A DNA stretch of 64,000 nucleotides from Octopus vulgaris (lineage: Eukaryota): NCBI GenBank assembly GCA_951406725.2, contig OX597814.1:182280001-182344000 (forward strand). The letters run 5' to 3'. The notes below the pieces were generated by a model. The model had not been told where the DNA came from. It ran no database searches and saw only the letters and a list, made by a program, of their open reading frames with translations. Every line of letters starts with the position of its first letter. Position 1 is the first letter of the stretch. Positions 38,718 through 52,480 of this stretch are shown here, one piece after another. The translations under genes were made by a program, and so were the position numbers.

Positions 38718-39395
38718 ACTTTGGGCCTCACTGAGGCAATGACTAGTGACCGGGACCTTTGGAAATATGCTGTGCATGAGAAGACTTGGCAAGCTCAAGT
38801 GAGACCACAACCTTGTGGCCTATGCCAGGGGTGTAGCCAGCCCACTTATGCGTATCTCTCCTTCATTGGACATTAAAGTCTGCTTGCGAAGACCTGTTGA
38901 GGCAAGTGAAATCGAAATTGAAATCAAATTTGATGACTGGCATCCATGCTAGTGGAGCGCTAAGAGTACCATACGAGCGTGATCGTTACCAGAGCAACAA
39001 GCTGGCCTCTGTGCCGATGGCCCATAAAAAGCCCCATTCGAGCGTGATTGTTTCCTGCATCGTCTTACTGGCACTTGTGCTGGTGACACGTGAAAAAAAC
39101 ATTTAAGCAAGTTCATTGCCAGTGCTGTTGGACTGGCTCCTGTGCAGGTGGCACATAAAAACACCATTTGAGCGTGGCCGTTGCTAGTACCGCCTGACTG
39201 GCCCTCGTGCTGGTGGCACATAAAAGCACCCACTACACTCTCGGAGTGGTTGGCATAAGGAAGGGCATCCAGCTGTAGAAACTCTGCCAGATAAGATTGG
39301 AGCCTGGTGCAGCCATCTGGTTCGCCAGACCTCAGTCAAATTGTCCAACCCATGCTAACATGGAAAGCAGATGTTAAACGATGATGATGATGATG
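38718..39395 (+). mobile_element. 5'-truncated RTE LINE
   Basis: LGLTEAMTSDRDLWKYAVHEKTWQ plus UTR plus (GAT)n. Confidence 0.85.
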
Positions 39396-39755
39396 ATATA
39401 TATATATATATATATATAAGGATGTGTGCTGTGTGTCTTTGTATTTGTGTTTGTCTGCCTTCACTGCTTGATAACCAGAGTTGGTTTTTTTATGTCTCTG
39501 TAACTTAGCAGTTTAGCAAAAGGTTATGGTCTCACTTGAGCATAAGTAACAGACTTTAAAAAGTAAGTTACTAGGGTTTGACTTGTTCGACTAAACCCAG
39601 TATGGCGGCAGTTCAATGACTAAGACAAGTAAAAGATAAACGATATATAAAATTGAAATGTGAAAAAAAACAACAACAAAAAAAACAAATGCAAAAAAAA
39701 AAGATTTAAAAGAGATGTTTAACCACTTAGGAAAACAAATCTACTTGTAACTTAA

Positions 39756-39966
39756 CCTTTTAACATCCAGTCAAATGTCAAGCTTATTGGTTCACATTGT
39801 TTTGAATTAATAATACGTTGTGTCATAACTTGAAGACTTCAATGATGTGATTGCTTCTTTTTAGAATGACATTGTAATGTAAGTGTGAGAGGCCACATCT
39901 TGCTGGTTTGAACATAAATCAGGTAGAATATTTGGGCTGGATAAGGCCAGTTTGAATGCTAAAGGG
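39756..39966. mobile_element. piggyBac-type MITE (second family)
   Basis: TTAA-CCTTTTAACAT...ATGCTAAAGGG-TTAA. Confidence 0.75.
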
Positions 39967-40429
39967 TTAAAAGCATCTCCTGATGCTCACATACACCTGG
40001 TAATGAGTTTTACATAGAATGGGCTTAAGACACTTAAGACAACACACACAAATTGTAATCAGAACCAGGGAACAGTTTCAATGATAAGCAAAAGGAGATG
40101 ATTAATGGACTCTTGTATGAAGCTCAGTGAAATGATTAAAACAATATGCAATAAAGCGTTCTGCCTAGGGGAGCACTAGGAAATGCAAGCAGCAGAATTT
40201 TAACAGATGATACATTAGCAGTTAATCCATGATCTAACCTACTCAACCACTTCTTCGCTATATCTTTTTTAAAGCATCTTCATTATCATCATCATCATCA
40301 TTATTGTCGTTGCCATCATTATCTCATCATCGTTGTTGTCATCAGCACTGTCATCATCATCACCATCATCACCATCATCACCACCAAACATACACACCTT
40401 TGCACACACACACACACACACGAACATAA

Positions 40430-40662
40430 AGCAGTGAGCTGGCAGAAACGTTAGCACATCAAACGAAATACTTAGTGGCATTTCGTCTGCCGTTACGTTC
40501 TGAGTTCAAATTCTATCGAAGTTGACTTTGCCTTTCATCCTTTCAGGGTTGATAAATTAAGTACCGGTTACACACTGGGGTCAATGTAATCGACTTAATC
40601 CCTTCGTCTGTCCTTGTTTGTCCCCTCTATGTTTATCCCCTTGTGGGCAATAAAGAAATAAT
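40430..40662 (+). mobile_element. family B SINE
   Basis: gcagtgagctggcagaaacg...ccccttgtgggcaataaagaaata. Confidence 0.8.
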
Positions 40663-40669
40663 AAACATA

Positions 40670-41150
40670 TAGAGGAGACCTATTGAGTCAAGTACATCAA
40701 CATCAAAAAAAAAAAAAATTCTAATAGAAATTGCAGTTGTGATACCCACGCCGGTGGCATGTAAAAAGCACCATCCAAATGTGGCCAATACCAGTGCCAC
40801 CTTGGCTGGCTTCCGTGCTGGTGGCATGTAAAATACACCAACCGATCGCAGCTGTTGCCAGGCTAGTCTGGTCCCTGTGCTGGTGGCACGTAAAAAGCAC
40901 CCACCACACTCATGGAGTGGTTGTCATTAGGAAGGGCATCTAGCTGTAGAAACACTGCCAGATCAGACTGGAGCCTGGTGCAGCCTCCTGGCTTCCTAGA
41001 CCCCAGTCGAACCGTCCAACTGATGCTAGCATGGAAAACGGATGTTAAATGATGATGATGATAATGATGATGATGATAATGATGATGATAATGATGATGA
41101 TGATAATGATGATGATGATGATAATGATGATGATGATAATGATGATGATG
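40670..41150 (+). mobile_element. RTE 3' UTR with expanded (GAT/AAT)n tail
   Basis: Same tail family; further copies at 41935-42282 and 45013-45205. Confidence 0.8.
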
Positions 41151-42919
41151 AATGAACTTCTTTCAGTTTCTATCTATCAAATCCACTCACTGGACTTTGG
41201 TCAGTCTGGGGTTATAAGTAGAAGACTCTTGCTCTAGGTACCACACACTGGGACTAAACCCGAAGTCATGTGGTTGAGAATTAAACTTCTTAATCACACA
41301 GCTACATCTGTTCCTAAGACCAAATTACTTATGACACTAAAACAATAGCTAAGTGCTGTTGTTTTGTCATTTGACTTCATATAGTAATGAGGTAAATTGC
41401 TGGCCATGCTTTATGGATACTTTTGTGATGCTGTCATCTACATGATTTGTTATATATATAAATGTTCCTTCTCGAGCCATGCCAGGCTCATAAGGGCCGG
41501 TTTCCCGGTTTCAGTGGTGTAGAAATTCCCCACCTGGACGGGTCACCAGTCCATCGCAGGATTACTCATTTTTGCCAGCTGAGTAGACTGGAGCAACATG
41601 AAAATGAAGTGTTTTGCTCAAGAACACAACGCATCGCCCGGTCCAGGAATCAAAACCACAACTTTACGATCATGAGTTCAACACCCTAACCACTAAGCCA
41701 CGCGCCTCCACACATGATTTGTTGAGGTGGTATAGGCTGTAGCATCTACAAGCCGGTGTTACTGGTGACAGTTGTACTTGATTGTTAATTAGTGTATAGT
41801 ATTATGAACTTCATAATATTGATTTCTAACATAGGTACAAGTCTACACATTTTTGGATGACAGTATTTTTCGATGGTGATTCTTTGTAGTTAGATATTTC
41901 TACATGATTTGCTTGTAACAAATGCTGTCAAATAAATATCAAATGGAAATTTTAGTTGTGATACCTGTGCCGGTGGCACATAAAAAGCACCATCTGAACG
42001 TGGCTGATGCCAGTGCCGCCTTGACTGGCTTCTGTGCTGGTGGCACGTAAAAAGCACCAACTGATCGTGGCCGCTGCCAGCCTCCCCTGGCACCTGTGCC
42101 GGTGGCACGTAAAATGTGCCCACTACACTCACAGAGTGGTTAGCGTTAGGAAGGGCATCCAGCTGTAGAAACACTGCCAGATTAGACTGGAGCCTGGTGC
42201 AGCCTCCTGGCTTCCCAGACCCCAGTCGAACCGTCCAACCCGTGCTAGCATGGAAAACGGATGTTAAACGATGATGATGATGATTGATTAACCCAACTCC
42301 CTCCTGATTAAATAGATCTAGCATTAAAAGTGCCATAGCCAAGATTATCCTGTTTTTTTTTTATTAAGATATAATGTATCTAGGACTATGTTCCTAAATG
42401 TATCTTTCTTTTTATTTCTGGAGAAAATCTACCTCAATAAATTCTTTCCAACAAATGGTGGTGGTGGTGGTGGTGGTGGTGGTGGTGGTGATGATGACAG
42501 CTGTGGTGATGGCAACAACAGCAACTATGATGATGACAATGATGACACTATCAAATCCTAAAACATTCCACTTAGCAACAACATATAGCAACATGCAATA
42601 TCAAGATTTATGTAATGTTGCTCTGCTGAAAGGCAAGAAAAACAAAACAAAACAAAACAAAACAGAAGATGCGACGAGCAAGAGAAGGTGTGAGATGGGT
42701 GATGGGTGGGAATTATGTGGAGTGGAATGATTTATAGTTAGCAAGTTCTGAAGAGCATATGCTGCTGCAATATCAGCATGAAATACTGAGAGAGGACATA
42801 GTTTCACAGTGAACCAATGGTTGTAGTATATGAAATGTCTTATATTTGGTTTCCTTGCAAAGTTGAATGATTTCATCTAGTTCACATGACATAACCGTTT
42901 GGCTAAAAATGTCTCTTAA

Positions 42920-43140
42920 CTCGTTCGTTACCAACCCGGCTGAAACCGGCTCTGGCTCTGAGGTACAAATGTCTTGTTTTCATAAGTTTTGAATTAAAAT
43001 CTTCCACCAAATCTTAGTCACAATTTATGTTCCTAACACCAGCTGAATGATAACTAAGTTATTTTACTAAATTCTTTGTTATATTTAAAGTAATTGAAAG
43101 AAACACAGAGCATCTCAAAATAAATACAGCAACGAAAGGG
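42920..43140. mobile_element. piggyBac-type MITE
   Basis: TTAA TSD at 42916-42919 and 43141-43144; reverse complement of 24484-24697. Confidence 0.85.
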
Positions 43141-43179
43141 TTAAACTATCAGTTAAGAGAGAGATAGAGATAGAGATAG

Positions 43180-43231
<52 letters not shown>

Positions 43232-43238
43232 AGAGAGA

Positions 43239-43306
<68 letters not shown>

Positions 43307-43792
43307 GCATCTCAGCATGCTATCCTTTCCCTCTTCTATAGTTTATACATTAAAGACTGTTGGTAGCAGAAGAATTTATAAACTTTCAAGAGAATGGGAA
43401 ATAATTCTTTTTGGGACAGAAAATCTTGAAGCACATAAAGCTATAAATAATAGCATGTAGAAATGTAGCATCCCAGCCCAATATTGACATGTTATTATTT
43501 ATGGGCTTTGATATCTACTGTTCCAAAAAAGAATTATTTCATGTTCACTCAAATGTTTAAAAATTCTAATGACACCAACAACATACAATTCTCCCTGGTA
43601 AGAATAAAATTTCTAAAATGGCTAGAGAACTTAGAGGGATTGTTTTGATCCAACGGTAGAATCAAGGATGTCTTTGCAATGCTGTAAGCCCCTGGACAAA
43701 TCAATTAATGGGCCCTATAGTATTTAGTTCATTAAAAATATATATGTAAGTGACAGAGGCCAACCCATGCCAGCATGGAAAACAGACGTTAA

Positions 43793-43840
<48 letters not shown>

Positions 43841-43847
43841 GTGGTGG

Positions 43848-43886
<39 letters not shown>

Positions 43887-43943
43887 GGAGGAGGAGGAGG
43901 AGGAGGAGGAGGAGGAGGAGAGGCAGTATTAATACTGTTAGTA

Positions 43944-44303
43944 ATATTTGTCCCTACATAAATGTGATGTTCTGTTGGAACAAACTATACTGTGGTAGAT
44001 ACCATGAAAGAAACCCTCATATTAGCTTTTGGTGCAAAATGCACACTTATTTATATTAATCAAGGAAAGTCGAAATCACGTGATCTGATGGTTTCGGTGC
44101 TTGTTTATATTGACCAAGGAAGGTTAAAGATCACGTGATCTGCTGGTCGTGGCACAGGAGATGGCAGGGATTTATCTCCCAACTAGCGATATAAACAAGT
44201 ATGCATTTTGCACCAAAAGCCAATATGAGACTTTCTCTCTTGGTAGCTACTGCTGTAAAGTTTGTTCTGACAGAACATCCATACTTATGTGTGGACAGAT
44301 ATT
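43944..44303. mobile_element. foldback MITE with ~115-bp TIRs
   Basis: 43944-44056 is the imperfect reverse complement of 44189-44303; interior has two atcacgtgatctg copies. Confidence 0.7.
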
Positions 44304-44319
44304 TAATTATTGATAATGT

Positions 44320-44485
44320 AGGTGTAGGAGTGGCTGTGTGGTAAGTAGCTTGTTTACCAACCATATGGTTCCAGGTTCAGTCCCACTGTGTGTCCCCTTG
44401 GGCAAGTGTCTTCTACTATAGCCTTGGGCCGACCAAAGCCTTGCGAGTGGATTTGGTAGACGGAAACCGAAAGAAGCCTGTCGTA

Positions 44486-44547
<62 letters not shown>

Positions 44548-44756
44548 TGTGTGTCTGTGTTTGTCCCCCCAACATCGCTTGACAACTGATGCTGGTGTGT
44601 TTACATCCCCGTAGCTTAGTGGTTTGGCAAAAAGAGACCGATAGAATAAGTACTAGGCTTCCAAAGAATAAGTTGTGGGGTTGATTTACTCGACTAAAGG
44701 CAGTGCTCCAGTATGGCCACAGTCACAAGACTGAAACAAGTAAAAGAGTAAAGAGT
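44320..44756 (+). mobile_element. family A SINE, full length
   Basis: Head, core and tail all present. Confidence 0.85.
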
Positions 44757-46987
44757 AACAAGGCAAAGTATACACAGATTAGCATTGGGCTCCTAGACCC
44801 AAGGGGCTGCTGAAAAACTGCCCAGTGTGCCTACCCCTTAAGACAGCACTGGGTAGAATGCCTGCTGTGTCTATAAATGTGGGTTTGAGACCCACAGGTA
44901 GCCTTTGATTTTTTCCATTCAAAATATATTTATTTATAGCTATTATTATTTATAGCTTTATGTGCTTCAAGATCCATTGTTCCAAAAATGAATTATAAGA
45001 AGCTGTGTTTTCTCCCTGGGCACCTGTGCCGGTGGCACGTAAAAAGCACCCACTACACTCATGGAGTGGTTGGCATTAGGAAGAGCATCCAGCTGTAGAA
45101 ACACTGCCAGATCAGACTGGAGCCTGGTGCAGCCTCCTGGCTTCCCAGACCCTGGTCGAACCGTCGAAAACGGACATTAAACGATGATGATGATGATGAT
45201 GATGAATAAAATTAATTTGAACTTAGTCTAAATGTTCTGATTTTATTCAAGCATTTGAAAAAAAAATATCTTATAATGTTTCTGAAGAACATACAAGAAA
45301 GTAGTGAGTAATATCATGATGAAGATTTGTGCTTGAAGTAAATACAAAAGAAATAACGGCTGACACCAAAAATTATAACTATATTGAATTTTGGCTACAT
45401 ACTTTTATTTAGCTTATTTAGATGAATCATTATTAGTTCAACATATTCCACTTTCTTTATGTACACACAGTGATATATAATTTAATAGAAAAGTCGAAAG
45501 GTTGTCATTTATGCATACATAACTCATGTAACGCCTACTCACACACACTCACAAACACACTCATACAAAAAGTTATGTATTTATACACAACCTATATTCG
45601 CAAACACACTCATACTTACTCAAATGGAAACATTCATACACACTATCATTTTTTTTTTTTTTTTCCATATGGTGTCATTATAAAACACTGGTAATGAATG
45701 TAATTTGTCTTTTGTTTGTGAATCAATATTATTTTCATTGTAACTTAAATTAGGTAATTTAGGCAACCTTCATTATGTTAACTTGTTATTTCTGAACTCC
45801 TAACAAAAGAAAATTTGTGTCAACACTTCAGTAAACTAATTTGCTATTTTTTCTCCCTCTTTGAAAAAGAAATACCATGGAAACTTAAGCAGAAGAAAAG
45901 AAAACAAAAATGAAAACAAAAAGCTAAAAAGACACGCAATCAGATATTTACACAAGCTAAAGTGTGTGGGGGTTGTGCATATTCATTTGTTTTACTTTTG
46001 GTTTTCCATGTCAGTATGTGTTAGATGAATACATATCACAGAGGCATTGTTTTACAGCTTGATGCCCTTCCTGTAGCTCCCCTTTAGTGGTTTTTTTTTC
46101 AAGTTAGGGTTACTATTTTTTTTATTCCACGTGACTATAAAAGTGCAGAGCACATGGATGATTTGGTGACCGGGAATGACAACAAACTTCACTGTTTGTA
46201 ATTCAGCACTGTTTGTAATTCATTTATGATTAAACTCTTATTTAAAAAATTTTCTTTGTTCACTTCCCTTGCTTTCAACCTGTGCCAATGGGGTAAATAA
46301 TGTAATTCTTAGATTCATTTGGCATCTCTTTCTAGTATGTGGCGCTACTCATTAGTAGCCTTATTAAAATTATATATCTTGTATTAATTGTTACCTATAT
46401 GGTTTTATGTCATGCTGGCTACTTCATAAGATCTTATAAAGATTTTATCCTTGATTATATATAAATATAAATTACCTCAATCAATATATTCACTCTGGTA
46501 TTATACTCTGGTTGTATACACAGGTGGTTGAGGTGAATTAATTAGATTTAGCTTGTATATAAATGTGAGCATTTGTATATACACTTGTATTTTCGTTTCT
46601 CTGTTATTAATTTTACTCGCGCCTCTATCTTAGTAGAAACTGATGGATAAAGAAATAAAACTACATAGACAAACGGCAGCAAAACCGTTCAGAAATTAAA
46701 TAACACTAACGTATTTGATACACAGCAGGATGGATGTAATCTATTTGTAAGGATTGGTTCTTCGTTGATTGCCATTATGTAAAGATGAAAGAACAGTGAT
46801 TGAAGCTGTGAAGAAAATATATATATTATACATACATATTAACACCTTTTTTTTTAATTTTGAGAGCGGTCGGGTTCACTATTAGTATTCTCGTTCATGA
46901 GAGCAGACGAGTTTATTTCAAATATTCTCATTCAAAAATCATCTCTTGCCAATCGTTGAGGGGACGTTGGTGTTGCCTTGGCAGAGG

Positions 46988-47951
46988 TGTAGTGTAACCG
47001 ATATCCTCACTGTCTGAGAGATATATTAGGAATGATCTCGTGGTAGATAACAACCATCTTTGGCTAGTTTGACCCTGTTGTGTTCACTGCTCTGATTGGT
47101 TGACATTTGGCGCAGTTTGTCATGGCCTTCAGATAAGGTCTACTCCATTTGAGCCTACCCCAGGCTTTATAAGGCGCCAGCATTCACTATTCCAGGTCTT
47201 TGGCTCTAGACCTTCTCAGGTCCAGTCACTGACCACCGAGCTACTCAGCCATGTTCCAGTTCCAGCGACAGACGACCAGCCAGCCAGCCATGCTCCTCAT
47301 CCAACCATGACGACGCTAATATACACCAGCAACGTAGGACGTCTTCGCCACCGTCACAATTACCACTGTCAACTTCAAATATGTACACAGCACTCGTCCG
47401 GGTTTAAACGCCACGCTGTTTGTGAATATTCACCGAGGTAAAACAGCCACAGTCAACCTGTGAAAGAACTTTCTGTATCAAGAGACTCGGCACGGCATTG
47501 AAGCCACAAACCGCTGCATGACATGTGCCCAACCGGCGTTCTGCCTCGTGTCCCCAACATCTTGTTATAGAACTATTGCTATCGTGTACCTCACTTACGA
47601 ACTGGTAAACAAATTCCATCTTAACTCAATATGCTGAGAGACTTATCTTATGCTCTGTATTCTGTTTTATATGCATACACTTTCTGTCGCAAACACGAAC
47701 ACACAGACACAAACACCTTGTCGCACGCATCCAGACACTACACTTTGCTAGCACTCACACACACTTTATCTTTGTACACTTTGTAAATAAAGTCTTCTTC
47801 TCTCTCAAACAGTAGAACGGTTGTCGTCCTCATTTATTCCTTTTGGCACTGTATTTTATATCATGTATTTGGCTTCTGTTAGGGGCGACCATGCGGCGTT
47901 TAAAAGGAGACATTTGTCACCAACTCCTTACGTACGGTCGTACTCCCTACA
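46988..47951 (+). mobile_element. solo LTR (Gypsy-like)
   Basis: tgtag...ctaca termini, TSD gagg (46984-46987 / 47952-47955), ctgattggtt, tttataagg, aataaa. Confidence 0.8.
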
Positions 47952-47992
47952 GAGGTTTGCGATTTCTGAGTGCTCTTGTTATTAAAATAATT

Positions 47993-48960
47993 TTATCGAT
48001 GAATTGAGCGAAGATCTACTAGAAACGCAAGAGAAAGGTCTTCAGCACCCTTGCTCGTCTGTAACCAACAGAAAGAATCAAGGTAAGATTGGAAGGTTCT
48101 TTGATTCACGTCTCTCATCTCTTTCAAAATACGAATTTCCGAATCCAACCAGGTTCTTTCAATTGCTTGAGTATTGGTTCCAGTGTTTGAATCAACACGA
48201 TATCTTTGGTGGTTGATGGTAGAATGTTGAAATTTAGACGATTGAGATTGAAATATGCTGGACATTTGTCGGAATGAATATCAAAATTTTCTGCAACGTC
48301 TCTTTGAATTATGAGGTCAAGTGTTTCACGATTTCTTTTTTTCTACATAAAAATAGCGGTAATTTGCACCTTTCCTCACTCTAAAGACCCAGGGTCTATC
48401 AATGTGTCTTCCATGGTTTCTATTGTTTCTTACTCCAGCTTCGCTATCAGTTTAATCAGGGAGACATGGTCTCTTGGCAACATTCTGCCTCTGTTGTATT
48501 TTCGGCGTCCTGCAAACCGAGCTTCATAGATTTGCACATGCTCTTCTTCAATTTCTACCACTTTCCCACAATTGTTAACAGAAACAATCTGTAAACAAAT
48601 TTCACGACACATGTTGAACCAATCACATACTGATTCGGTACCTCTACTGATGCACCTTATCATAAGAGACATCTTGAATAAAATAAAAAAAATAATTCTA
48701 AAATTTGTCAGAGAAAGATTACAATAGATTTTGTTATTTTGATTAGTATAGTAGGAAAAAAAAATTTCCGGTGCGGATAGACCGATAAGTTTGGCATCCG
48801 CGAATAAAGTTGGCAAAATTTCACCTTTTTCCCATTTTCTTCGAGCTTCCTTCATTTCTCAACCAGAACGATGACATGGTACAACATTTTCTCCATCATC
48901 TAAATGGCCATTTCTTCATGAAAATGCAACTGCCCTCGTCTTGTCGCTGATCACATTGTA
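47993..48960 (-). pseudogene. Merlin (IS1016/ISXO2-like DDE) transposase remnant
   Basis: VCDWFNMCREIC, VQIYEARFAGRRKYNRGR, TINHQRYRVDSNTGTNTQAIERTW motifs in broken frames. Confidence 0.8.
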
Positions 48961-49394
48961 AAAATCTTTAATAAATAATAATAAGAAACCAAGTATAAGC
49001 AATATAACAATTGAAATAAACGCGTAGATCAAACACCAAAGCAAATTTGCTGATGTAGATCACACGCCAAAGTAGCACTAGCACAACGTAAACTAAAAAA
49101 TAACCTAAAGTAATCGCCCTTTAATTTGTAAACCACACGTCAAAGTAGCACTTACATTATTCTATGTAATGGCTATTTAAGCAATGAGTTCGTGGGTTAT
49201 TTGGCTGCTGATGGAGCAAAAACTCCTGAAATATGGCACATACACCCATTACTTATTTTTTCATCTTCGATCTCATTGTTTATTTACATCTGACATCGCG
49301 GATACGAAATGTCGTAACAAAATCAGTGCTGGCTGTAATTGTACCTGACTATGGAAAATCTGTAGAGATGACCTTATCGCGTATAAGAAACAGA

Positions 49395-49459
<65 letters not shown>

Positions 49460-49466
<7 letters not shown>

Positions 49467-49893
49467 TTAGTGAAGGGAAGAAATGGAGCCGAACGAAGAT
49501 TCTACAAAATTCCTTTTTATTATTTTCTAAACATGTTTCAAAGACTGCAAATTCCCAAATTCGGATTGAATAAGGAGACCATTCTGCAGCTTTCTCTTCA
49601 GGAAAATCCAGGAATTTAAAATCTCAAAACAGCAGTAAAGAAGGCTTGGGAAGAGCTTCTACTTGCCATTTTTACCATGGGCTCCTAGGGAGCGTTTTGT
49701 TCGAAAAGCTTGCTGCGCATTTGTTTTGAGATTTTAAATTCCTGGATTTTCCTGAAGAGAAAGCTGCAGAATGGTCTCCTTATTCAATCCGAATTTGGGA
49801 ATTTGCAGCCTTTGAAACATGTGTAGAAAATAATAAAAAGGAATTTTGTAGAATCTTCGTTCGGCTCCATTTCTTCCCTTCACTAAATATATA
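49460..49893. repeat. near-perfect ~172-bp inverted repeat of a Penelope-like segment
   Basis: 49460-49631 versus 49722-49893, two mismatches seen. Confidence 0.9.
49746..49831 (+). ncRNA. type I hammerhead ribozyme (Penelope-type); mirror copy on - strand at 49522-49607
   Basis: attttc-CTGAAGA-gaaagctgca...tgcagccttt-GAAA-C-ATGT-GTA-gaaaat; 6-bp stem I. Confidence 0.7.
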
Positions 49894-50038
49894 AAACTTC
49901 AATTATCCGCGCTAAAGCACGGGGGCGAAACCCCATGGTCGTAACCTCAACCGTGTCTTTTCTGGTGTGATTTTTGCTACACAGGTATCGGTTAAATTTT
50001 GAATAATCCGTAACAAGATAATTCATTTATCCATCTCA

Positions 50039-50074
<36 letters not shown>

Positions 50075-50078
50075 TATA

Positions 50079-51619
50079 AACTGTTCTTCAAAACTAGAAA
50101 GCTAGGTTTTTTTTCTAGCGAATTAAACTCCCCAAATTCATAAAACTCACTTCTAGATAGGGAATGAAATAGAAGGCATTGCAATATTCGAATGTATTGA
50201 AATCCAAAAAGGAATTAGATGATAAATTTAAAAACGTACATTGTCAGAAATCCCCCGTTCAAAACTATAACACCAGGTTGAATAATGTTGTAAAAATGAC
50301 GTAAAAACAGGGAAATCATGATGTATTTCAATGATATCATCATGCAATACATTAACAATAGTGAGTTTGACTACCACCTTTCTGAATTACTTCAAATACA
50401 CGCAATTTCATGCTCCCAAGGAACATCTGTAACAAATCAAGTAGAAGCTCTTCCCAAGCCTTCTTTACTGCTGTTTCGAGTTCATCAACAGATGAATATT
50501 GCTTACATTCGTGAGATATCCCTAAGCATTCTCTATAGGATTAAGGTCGTCACTTCTTGCTGGCCATGGCATGAATTCAACCTCAATTGCATAGAGGAAA
50601 TCCGAAGATCCCTTTGCTTTATGAATAGGAGCATTGTCCCTTTTGAAATATGAAGTTCTCGCCACGGAACCTTCTTCCTTCTTCATCACTGTGAGCCCCG
50701 TCCAGCATATTGATGCATCGCGCAGCATTGAAATGGTCATCCATGATGAAAAGTGGCAGCTTCCCATTGACAGATATTGCTCCCCACACCATAAGACCTC
50801 TTCCGCTGTTCTGCCGCCTGGAATAAGTAGAATTTTGTATACTTTTATCTGCACAGTGATACTTATAACCGCTGGGAGCCATCCAAATTTCATTTTTTCT
50901 CATCAGAGAACAGAACCCTGGTCCATTCCACATCCCACGTCTGATGCTGCAGAGCAAACCCCAATCTAACAACTTTGTGGGAAGAGGATAATAGGTGTCC
51001 TAGCTGCTTCTTCAGGTGGAAACCATGGTTCAAAATCATTCTTCTTACGGTGTATGTCGAGTCCCCTTTTCCTGCTGATGCCTTGATTTTGGAAGCAGAA
51101 GAGCAGCGTGACTTCTTCGCAGCTCTGACAAAGGTCTTTTCATCCCTTTCTGAAATAGCCTTGGGACGTCTACCAGCAACAGCCATCAGGGTCTTTCAGA
51201 AAATTGTCGACTGGCGTTCTGCTTCACCGAATCTTCTCAGCAATCTTCCGGTTACTCATTCTTTCCACTTTCAGCTCAAGAATCTTCCCTTGTTCAATTT
51301 TAGAAAACTTTGTAGCTTCAGGCATGAGGAAATGTAATCTGGATCACGGAGAATAACGACTGAATCGAATATTTTATGAAACCATCTGGAAAGAAATGAA
51401 AATGTGTTAGTGGTTTTATAGTTTTGAAGTGTTGATATGCAAGGAAAAATTGGAAAATCAGGTGTTGCAATGTGATAATAAAGGTACAAGGTTTACATTT
51501 CAAGGTGATCATGAAATATTCATTTACAATATATTATGCCCCTTAGTCCTCTTAAATACAGAGCTAAATTTCTAAAAAGCTTTAAAAAATATGTGGCTTT
51601 ATAGTTTTGAATAGTAGTT
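50079..51619 (-). mobile_element. full-length but frameshifted Tc1/Tc3-like (DD34E) transposon
   Basis: Degenerate TIRs aact(g/a)..ttcaaaacta.aaagc flanked by TA; VLFSDEKK, MVWGAIS, DNAPIH, WPARSDDLNPIEN. Confidence 0.9.
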
Positions 51620-51730
51620 TATATACACATAAATCTACATATATATAATGGATGCTGTACATGGATATTATATGGATGTATAACATGGGTTCTTACAAAG
51701 CGTTTTGAAAAGAAAATTGACGAAACTTAC

Positions 51731-51902
51731 AGGCGTAGGAGTGACTGTGTGGTAAGTAGCTTGCTTACGAACCACATGGTTCCGGGTTCAGTCCCACTGC
51801 ATGGCACCTTGGGCAAGTGTTTTCTACTATAGCCTCGGGTCGACCAAAGCCTTGTGAGTGGATTTAGTAGACGGAAACTGAAAGAAGCTCGTCGAATATA
51901 TG

Positions 51903-51936
<34 letters not shown>

Positions 51937-52205
51937 TGTATGTATGTATGTATGTATGTATGTATGTGTGTGTGTGTGTATATGTTTGTGTGTGTGTGAT
52001 TGTCCCTCCCAATATCACTTGACAACCGATGTTGGTGTGTTTACGTCCCAGTAATTTTGCGGTTCGGCAAAAGGGACCAATAGAATAAGTACTAGGCTTC
52101 CAAAGAATAAGTCCTGGGGTCGATTTGCTCGACTAAAAGGCCGTGCTCCAGCATGGGCACAGTCAAATGACTGAAACAAATAAAAGAGTAAAAGAGTAAA
52201 GAGTA
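51731..52205 (+). mobile_element. family A SINE, full length
   Basis: Head, core and tail all present. Confidence 0.85.
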
Positions 52206-52209
52206 AAGA

Positions 52210-52480
52210 TACTTATACAAAAATGCTTCAAGTTGCTCTGGACATCTGAAGATAACGTCCTACAAAAGAAATTCTCTTTGGTAATTTACCCACCAATATC
52301 ACACGTCATCAGTGAAAGAAGAACGATATTCGCTGGATGAGATCATCAGCGACGTTCTTTTTTGGGAACCGAAGCACGGGTACGCAAATGTCGGTAGACC
52401 TCAACTGTGCTAAGACCTACAATGTGCAATGGTGAACCGAATAGACTGGAGAGAAAGAGTGATGGCAATCCGTGCAACAA
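52210..52480 (+). pseudogene. RTEX-like LINE ORF2 C-terminal remnant
   Basis: YTKMLQVALDI, LFGNLP, ISDVLFWEPKHGYANVGRP, AMVNRIDWRERVMAIR. Confidence 0.7.

Noticed and set aside
42560-42660. Strong minus-strand splice acceptor
   Set aside because: No matching donor, and early stops in all frames
43793-43923. Poly-Asp/Glu or poly-Met/Arg ORF
   Set aside because: Expanded (GAT)n/(GAG)n tail of an RTE fragment
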